Below are positions 57,379-64,000 of a DNA stretch of 64,000 nt, piece by piece. How positions within the stretch are numbered: position 1 is the stretch's first letter; each line of letters begins with the position of its first letter. A program made the position numbers and the translations under genes. The stretch comes from an uncultured Chloroflexia bacterium. Lineage in GTDB: Bacteria; Chloroflexota; Limnocylindria; Limnocylindrales; CSP1-4. The notes under the pieces were generated by a model. It was given only the letters and a program-made list of their open reading frames with translations, had not been told where the DNA came from and made no database searches. The stretch lies in the NCBI GenBank assembly GCA_963748675.1, contig CAVVJX010000009.1, positions 140,931 through 204,930 of the forward strand, written 5' to 3'.

Positions 57379-57520
57379 GCGAATGGTTCCTCAGAGCCGG
57401 GCTTGACGACCGTTCGACGTGGGTGCGCTCCCATTGTTGCGGTGGTGTCGTCACGACGACACGTCACCGTCGCCCTCGATCAGGCGTTCTGAACCATCGC
57501 ACCCGGCCGTGCCTCGACTG

Positions 57521-58897
57521 TCAGTCGCCTCGACCCGGGCCGCGCACCGTGCCGCGAATGGCTCTCGAGAAGAGTGCCGCGGCCCCGGACACGAGCGTGA
57601 CGGTGAGCACGATGCCGGCCAGGCCGGACACGTCGGTCGCCGGCCGACCGTCGGCCCCGACGGGAACCGCGCCTGTGTCGACGGGCGGTGTCGCTGCGTC
57701 GGTCGGCGCAGCGGCCCCAGCAGGTGCGGCAGCGGCGCTCGGTGCCGCCGAAGCATCGGTCGCTGCCGCCCCGGCCGCCGGCGCCGCGCCGCCCGTGCCA
57801 CTCCCCGGTGTTGCCGCGACGACCCGCACTGTCGCGATCATCTCCGGGTGGAACGCACAGAGGTAGGCATACGACCCGGGTTCCGCGAAGGTCTGCGCGA
57901 AGGTGGCCCCGCCCTCGAGCATCGAGCTATCGAACGCACCGTCCTTCGCGGTCACGGTATGCGGGGCCACGCCGCGGTTCGTCCACGTGACCCGGCCACC
58001 GACGGCGACCTCGATCGTCGCCGGTCGGAACGCGAAATCGGCGGCGTCCACGGATACGTCGGACGGAGCATCGACCAGCTGCGGCGTCGGCTCGGCGGCC
58101 GGTGCCGGCACCGCCGAAGGCGTCGCGGTCGGGGTCGGCCGCGGCGCAACGGGCTCGGTCCCGCCGCCTCCTCCGCTCGGGGCCACGACCTCGATCGTGC
58201 CGCGCATGTCCGAATGGAAGATGCACAGGAACGCGAAGCTCCCCGCCTCCTTGAACGTCTTGCTGACCGACGCGCCGCCGCCGAGGACGCCGGTGTCGAA
58301 CGCGGAGGACGTCGCGGAATGCTCATCGTCGCCGGTGTTCCGGAACGCGACCGTGCCACCGACCGCGACCCGGACCGATGTCGGGTCGTAGAAGTCATCG
58401 CCGATCGTGACCGTGGCGCTGGAGGGCGCGCCGCCGCCGGTCGAACCGCCCGCCGCACCGCCTTGCGGCGGGGTGGTGCCCTCCGCCGACCCACCCGGGC
58501 CCGAGCCCGACGACACCACGATCCGACCGTGGTACGCGGCCGCGTCGTCGTTCCGTTCGTCGAGATAGGCGTACGTGCCCGCGACCGACAGCCGCACCTG
58601 GTACGAGTCACCCGGCTCCAGGTTCCCCGTATCGAACTCGGACCCGGACCGCGAACGCATCCGGTGACGATCGTCGTCGCGGTTGACGAACCGGACGATA
58701 TCGCCGACCGACACGTGCACCTCGCGGTCACTGAGCCCGGATCCGATCGTGATCGTCACATCGGGCGTGCCCGCGGCCGAATCGTGCGCGTGGACGGGCG
58801 CGGCGCCGACGACGGACAGGGCGTAGACCAGCGCGGCGAGGCCCAGCACGAGGCCGACGCTGCGACGGGATGCGAGGGGCGGGACGAGGGAATGCAA
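57521..58897 (-). CDS. Secreted, C-terminally anchored protein with three cupredoxin (plastocyanin-like) domains
   Basis: GGAGG before TTG, signal peptide; domains 2 and 3 have H...CIFHSDM and H...CAFHPEM type-1 Cu ligands; C-terminal TM helix with basic tail. Confidence 0.88.
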   Translation of the reverse strand: MHSLVPPLASRRSVGLVLGLAALVYALSVVGAAPVHAHDSAAGTPDVTITIGSGLSDREVHVSVGDIVRFVNRDDDRHRMRSRSGSEFDTGNLEPGDSYQVRLSVAGTYAYLDERNDDAAAYHGRIVVSSGSGPGGSAEGTTPPQGGAAGGSTGGGAPSSATVTIGDDFYDPTSVRVAVGGTVAFRNTGDDEHSATSSAFDTGVLGGGASVSKTFKEAGSFAFLCIFHSDMRGTIEVVAPSGGGGGTEPVAPRPTPTATPSAVPAPAAEPTPQLVDAPSDVSVDAADFAFRPATIEVAVGGRVTWTNRGVAPHTVTAKDGAFDSSMLEGGATFAQTFAEPGSYAYLCAFHPEMIATVRVVAATPGSGTGGAAPAAGAAATDASAAPSAAAAPAGAAAPTDAATPPVDTGAVPVGADGRPATDVSGLAGIVLTVTLVSGAAALFSRAIRGTVRGPGRGD

Positions 58898-58965
58898 GGA
58901 CGGACCTCCGGGGACGGGCGACAGGACTCGCTACTTCTTCTGAGTCCGCGACACCCCGGAAGGTT

Positions 58966-60868
58966 TCAGTGGCGCGGTCGGTTCGCCCAGGGAGGCACGG
59001 CGTTCGGGTCCACACCCCGTCGCCGCGCTACTACGTCCCGCGCCGCCGGCGCTTCTGCCTCACCCTCGCCCGGGGTGGGCGGCGGCGGCGTCCAGGCTTC
59101 CGGCAGGGCCGGTGGCATCGGCGCGAAGTCCCGGAACTGGATGACCCGTCGCTCGAACTTCTCGAGCAGCTTCGGGTTCGCCGATTCCACCTCGGCGAAG
59201 ACCTCCTCGAGCTCGTCGCCGATGAGCTCGTCGCGCTCGATCAGGGCCTTGGCCAGGTGATGGACCGCCGGTTCCTTGTCGCGGAGCAGCCGTTCGGTCT
59301 CCTCGTAGAGTTGGTCGAGCAGCTCGTGCGCCGCGATGATGACGGGTCCGATGGGTGGGTCGGTCGGTCGCATCGGGATGATGACCTTGGTCGGGCCCAT
59401 CGCCAGGCTGCCGACGTAGTCCTCCGCGGCCGAAGTCGCCCAGCGCAGGTCGCTCGACGGCCCGGTCGAGAGCGTGTCGAGGAAGCGGTTCTCGACGACG
59501 TGCCCGGCGAGGCTCGTCATGATCTGCGTCTCGATCGATCGCGCGTACAGCGACGTCCGCTCCTCGCGTGGTCGCTGCTGGACGTAGCCCAGCGCGTGGC
59601 CCGCGCCGGATGATCGAGGCCTTGGAGATGCGGTGCTCCGGTCGCAGATAGCGCGCCGCCACCGCGTGACCCGCCTCGTGGTAGGCCGTCTCCCGTCGGT
59701 CGGTCAGGTTCCACGATCGGATCGGCTGCTTCAACCCCAGCGCTCGCTCGTCGGCGGCGTTGAGCCAGTCCTTGTAGTCGAGGAACTCGCGGCCGTCGTG
59801 GTGGGCCTGGATGAGCGCCTCGTTGATGATCGTCTTGATCATGACCGGCGTCCAACCCATGGAGTCGGTGACCAGCAGCTCCATCGGGATCTCGGGGTCG
59901 TGCCGCTTGCTCGCGAGGTAGTGGGCGATGATGTCGCGCCGGCCATCTGCGTCAGGGACATGGACGACGAGCATCCGGTCGAGCCGTCCGGGTCGGACGA
60001 GGGCCTGGTCGAGCACCTCGGGGCGGTTCGTGGCACCGATCACGAACACGAGCGGCTTGTTCGTCGCGGGGCCACGGATGAGCCCGAACCAGCGGAGGAC
60101 CTTGTAGCGCCAGCGGTCCTCGACGAGCTCACCGAGCGAATCCATCTGGTTGAGCAGCGTGTTGAGGCCCATGCTGCCGCCGCCCATGAAGCCGCCGATG
60201 GCCATGCCGCCGGACTGCGTCGAGCGGTTCTGCCCGATCGAGTCGAGCTCGTCCATGAACAGGATGCAGGCGCCGCGCCGGCCGGGTTCCGCGTACTTGC
60301 GCGCCAGCCCGCGCGCGTCGCGGAACAGTTTCATGATCATCAGCTGGGTCATGCCGATGAACATGCCCTGGAGCGAGCTCGAGTCGATATAGATGAACGG
60401 CAGGTTCGCTTCCTTGGCGATGCATGCGGCAAGGAACGTCTTGCCGGTCCCGGGCGCGCCCGAGAGGAGCATGCCCTTGGGCATCTCGCCGCCACGCAGC
60501 TCGAACTCCTTGACCCCGCGCAGGATGCCGACCGTGGTCTTGGCATGTTCCAGCAGGTCTGGCTGTCCGCGGTAGTTCTCGAACGAGAGTCCGATCTGGG
60601 GGTCGTCCGGGGTGACGGTGTACTTGCGCGGTCGGGACAGGAACCAGAACAGGATGCCGAACTGGAAGATGATGTAGGTGGCCGCGAACGAGAGCTGCAG
60701 CGCGAAGGCCGGCGCAGCCCCGATCAGCCCGACGATGCTCTCGATGAACGCGACCGTGCCGTTCGCCGCGATCATCGCCGTGACGACCGCGAGCACGATC
60801 AGCAGGCGAATCAGGTTCTTGTTCCAGATGAACGCCAGGTTGGACCCGACGGTCCGGACGCGGTTCAC
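58966..60868 (-). CDS. FtsH-like AAA+ ATPase/M41 zinc protease (atypical paralog); apparent frameshift near 59600
   Basis: 2 TM helices, GAPGTGKT, LFMDELD, ATNRPEVLDQALVRPGRLDR, AYHEAGHA, GPSSDL. Confidence 0.9.
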
Positions 60869-61535
60869 TTGAAGCCCACGATATTGCCGGCCTGCGTCTC
60901 GACGACGAGGTTGATCGCGACGGGGTTCTGGCTACCGTCCCGCCCGATCATCACGAACGCGGTCGCGGTTCGCTGGCCGTCCTCGAATGTGGCCAGCGTC
61001 TCCACCGATGTCACCCGGTTGATCTCCCAGCGGCTCATCTCGGCGGTGAGCGCCTTGTACGGCGTGGCCGGCACGGCGGAGCGGATGGCATCGGCGTCGT
61101 TGCGGGCGACAGCGGCGATGAACTCGCGAACCACGGGCGCCGGCAGGTTGCCGGCCGTGGCGGGATCCACGACCTGGCCGGTCGGGGCCGGCTGCGACGT
61201 GAGGAAGTACTGGTATCCGAGCAGGACACCGAACCCGAACCCGGCGAGCACCAGCGCGAACCGCAGCACGCGGGTGAGGCCGGCCACGATCGCCAGGCTT
61301 CGTCGGCGAGGCACGCCGACCACCGCCGGGGCGTCCGCGGGCCCACGGCCGCGGCGGCGGCTGGTTCCGCGGTGGCCGCGTCCTCCGAGGCGGCAGACGG
61401 GACGGCGACGGCACTCGTTTCGGGCGCCGGGATCGCGCCGCCTCCCGCCGGCACGACGGCAGCATCGCTCGTGGGCGGCGTCAGCGACTCGGCGTTCATC
61501 GCCTGGGTGCCGTCGGGGCCGGGCTCGCCGCTCAT
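60865..61535 (-). CDS. Hypothetical single-TM protein with small alpha/beta C-terminal domain; apparent frameshift near 61340
   Basis: ORFs 61035..61535 and 60865..61323 join; 4-nt overlaps with both neighbours. Confidence 0.7.
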
Positions 61536-61969
61536 GGTTCCTCGATCGTGCTGGGCGGGGTGATGAGCGCGGCCTGACCCCCGGCCGTGGCCACCCGCCA
61601 GGTGCGGATCTCTTCGGTCCCGTCGGAGAGGACCACGTGCGCGGCGTAGGCGTGGAGGCTGAAGCCGCCCGCGACGTACGAACCGAGGTGCACCGGGACG
61701 TCGACCCGGGCGAACTGGGCCCGGAACCGGCTGGCGCGCAGCTTCGCGTCCGCGGCCACGCCCATGGAGGTCAGCATGCCCTGGTCATCCGCGGTGAACG
61801 CGTTGATGAACTGGCGAGCGACGGCGGACTCGGTGGTACGGGGCTCGGCCGCTGGCTTGGGCGACAGGTCGCTCGCGATCGTCGGCACGAGGAATCCCAG
61901 CAGCGCACCGATCGCGATCGTCGCGAACACTCGCGAGATCCGCCGGACCAATAACCGCCGTCGACGCAA
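61532..61969 (-). CDS. Hypothetical single-TM protein with small alpha/beta C-terminal domain
   Basis: TTG start, Arg-rich N-terminus, TM helix, VARQFINAFTADD helix; TTGACA ~75 nt upstream. Confidence 0.7.
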   Translation of the reverse strand: MRRRRLLVRRISRVFATIAIGALLGFLVPTIASDLSPKPAAEPRTTESAVARQFINAFTADDQGMLTSMGVAADAKLRASRFRAQFARVDVPVHLGSYVAGGFSLHAYAAHVVLSDGTEEIRTWRVATAGGQAALITPPSTIEEP

Positions 61970-62108
61970 AGCCCACCCCGCTTCCGGGACGCAACTACGA
62001 GAGTGACCAACCGTCACGCGAACGGTCACCCGTCGAGCGGCGCCTGTCAAACCCACATTCGTCCTGGGCGCCCGGTCGGATGCCCGAGCGTGGGTCGATC
62101 GCGCCGGT

Positions 62109-63146
62109 TCAGCGCGTGCGCGTGACCTTGTTGAGGTTGCGCGGCACCTCCGGATCGTGGCCGCGAGCGCGCGTCAGGTAGAGCGCATGCAGCTGCCCGA
62201 CGACGATCGACACGATCGGCCCGAGCCACTCCGGGGTTCCGGCCGGCAGCCGGAACGGCCACCGGGCGAGCGCCAGCGCCTCGTCGGCGTCGGACACGAC
62301 CGCGAGGTCCGCCTCGAGATCCGCCCGTAACCGCCGCAGCAGCGCGACCAGCGACGTGAAGGTCGGGCCGGGCCGGACCGTTGCGAGGACCGGAACGCCG
62401 GGCTCGAGCAGGGCGAGCGGCCCGTGCTCGAAGTCGGCGGCCGAGTACGGGTCGGCGAAGACCCGCGCGAGCTCTTTCAGCTTCAGGGCCCACTCGCGGG
62501 CGGTCGCATACTCGTACCCGCGCGCGAGGACGAGCAGCCGATCGGCTCGCGCTTGCTCGATCGCCATCGACTCGATATCGGCTTCGAGCGCCAGGGTCCC
62601 GGCGAGCGCGTCCGGGATCGCGGCGAGGGCCGTGGCGTCGGCCGGGTCGCGGGACAGCGCGGCCGAGAGGGCGGCGACCGCCAGGAGCTCGGTCGTGTAC
62701 GTCTTCGTGGCCGCGACCGCGAGCTCCGGCCCCGCGCCGAGGTCGATGGTCGTCTCCGCAGCGTTGGCGAGCGCCGAGTCCGGGTCGTTGGTGATGGCGA
62801 GCGTCGGGGCGCCCTGCTTGCGCCCGGCCTCGATGACCGCGACGACATCCGGCGAGGCACCCGACTGGCTGATGCCGACGACGAGCGACCGATCGAGCCG
62901 CGGCTCCGCGCCGTACAGCGAGATCACCGACGGCGCACTCAGACCGACCGACAGCGCGTGCCGGACACCGAGCACGTACTGGGCGTAGATGGCCGCGTGG
63001 TCGCTCGTGCCACGGGCGGCGATGACGACATGATCGACCCCGCGCGCGCGGATCGCGTCGGCCAGCGGCCCGACGACGTCGGGCGCGCGGCGGAGGAACC
63101 GGGCGGCGACCTCGGGCTGCTCGAGGATCTCGTCGCGAAGGCTCAT
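62109..63146 (-). CDS. Double-SIS-domain sugar isomerase/glucosamine-6-phosphate deaminase (GlmS C-terminal-like)
   Basis: EILEQP, ARGTSDHA, ISQSGAS, AVAATKTY, ALKLKE, HGP, PRNLNKVT; no glutaminase domain. Confidence 0.9.
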   Translation of the reverse strand: MSLRDEILEQPEVAARFLRRAPDVVGPLADAIRARGVDHVVIAARGTSDHAAIYAQYVLGVRHALSVGLSAPSVISLYGAEPRLDRSLVVGISQSGASPDVVAVIEAGRKQGAPTLAITNDPDSALANAAETTIDLGAGPELAVAATKTYTTELLAVAALSAALSRDPADATALAAIPDALAGTLALEADIESMAIEQARADRLLVLARGYEYATAREWALKLKELARVFADPYSAADFEHGPLALLEPGVPVLATVRPGPTFTSLVALLRRLRADLEADLAVVSDADEALALARWPFRLPAGTPEWLGPIVSIVVGQLHALYLTRARGHDPEVPRNLNKVTRTR

Positions 63147-63180
63147 GTTCGGATGGTATCGGCGCGCCTTCCTGCCGATC

Positions 63181-64000
63181 TCATGCGGTTCGTGGCCCGG
63201 TCGCCTCCAGGACGTGCTCGACGCCGACGGGCAGGCGGCCGGGCGCCTCGGCCTCGCCGGCGAGGACGGCCGCGAGCGCCTCGAGCGAGGCCGGCAGGAT
63301 CGAGTAGGTAGCCAGCGCCGTCGACCGAAGGCGGATACGCGGCGACGTCCCACGGGCCGCGCAACGCGACGGCGACGACGGGCGTGCCCGTGCCGGCGAG
63401 CGCCTCGACGAGCTCGATCTGGGCGGGCTGGCGATGTCCGTCGATCGTGCCGACGACCACAGTCCCGGCCCCTGCCGCGCGGTCGCGAACCGCGGCGATC
63501 GACGCGGCGTCCGGTGACTGCTCCACGACGATCTCGTCGACATCTCGGAAGTGGCCGCGGAGCGCGGCGGCCAAACCTGGAGCGACCGTCGATGAGGTGT
63601 CGGCGGGCGTGAGGTCGGCGGGGCGCGGCATGACGGCGAGGATCGGGCCGGACTCGCCGGCAAGCGGCAACAGCCCGCCCGGGTCACGGACGAGGGTGAT
63701 CGAGCGAGCGGCCAGTTCGGCGGCGAGGGCCCGGTGCTCGGCGCACCCGACGACCGACAGGTCCGGTGCCGGCCCGACCGAGCCCAGCCAGGCCCGGAGC
63801 GCGGCGACACGACGTTCCGTGGCGGCCACCTCGGCCGGATCGAACAGCTCCCGGGCCACGGCACGGACGAGCGTCTCCTCGATGCGCGCCAGCGCCTCGG
63901 GATCGGCCGAGGCGAGGAGGAGGTCCACGCCGGCCCGGACCGCGGCGAGCACGTCGAGGACCTGGCCCGGGCCCTGGGCGAGTGCCCGCATGTCGAGCGC
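63181..64000 (-). CDS. GH3 beta-N-acetylhexosaminidase-like protein, C-terminal part (truncated by window); apparent frameshift near 63322
   Basis: ALDMRAL, AGVDLLL, SITLVRD..LLPL, VALRGPWD, GRLPV. Confidence 0.8.
   Translation of the reverse strand, partial: RSTCGHSPRARARSSTCSPRSGPAWTSSSPRPIPRRWRASRRRSSVPWPGSCSIRPRWPPRNVVSPRSGPGWARSGRHRTCRSSGAPSTGPSPPNWPLARSPSSVTRAGCCRLPASPARSSPSCRAPPTSRPPTPHRRSLQVWPPRSAATSEMSTRSSWSSHRTPRRSPRFATARQGPGLWSSARSTDIASPPRSSSSRRSPARARPSSPSRCAARGTSPRIRLRSTALATYSILPASLEALAAVLAGEAEAPGRLPVGVEHVLEATGPRTA

Noticed and set aside
53814-57467. 1217-aa minus-strand ORF and other long shadow ORFs (e.g. 14206..17007, 48524..51274, 59633..61954)
   Set aside because: These are Arg/Pro/Ala-rich off-frame or antisense translations of genuine genes, typical of high-GC DNA
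61963-61973. GACGCAAAGCC resembling the c-di-GMP-I riboswitch core
   Set aside because: It is antisense to the operon, overlaps the start codon and lacks the upstream GGCAAAC/GNRA hairpin

Overview
Visibly GC-rich, gene-dense bacterial chromosomal segment with about 50 CDS and one tRNA-His. Gene content and style suggest Chloroflexota, possibly Ca. Limnocylindria (inference only). There is no CRISPR array, rRNA, integrase, transposase or phage module. Many genes, including housekeeping ones, carry 1-nt frameshifts, often at short homopolymers; these are most simply uncorrected long-read errors. Order: D-aminoacylase-like amidohydrolase and guanine deaminase; a ~39-bp tandem repeat plus REP-like palindromes; a small CxCGW protein; a SorC-family-regulated operon (FGGY kinase, RibXY/NMT1-like ABC importer, FAD amine oxidoreductase); a DUF4331+TPR pair with SigK-like promoters; GlcD-like oxidase, M1 peptidase, MpaB-like protein, BioY, MacB/FtsX ABC system, CAP protein, SDR, pgm, tRNA-His; an HD-GYP/hybrid kinase/receiver trio; MsmX-like ATPase and a NUDIX-YcxB fusion; pncB, a gluzincin with YbjN, glgC, an M23 peptidase with a structured leader; a ~7-kb amylase-pullulanase with a LacI operator; prepilin peptidase, pepA, add, HAD-IIA, NYN, zinc-ribbon protein and ccsA; a triple cupredoxin; an atypical FtsH with two small membrane-anchored partners; a SIS deaminase and a partial GH3. 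The best candidates for undescribed systems are the FtsH three-gene module, the SorC/FGGY/RibXY/oxidase operon, the M23 leader RNA, the NUDIX-YcxB fusion and the repeat locus at ~3 kb.
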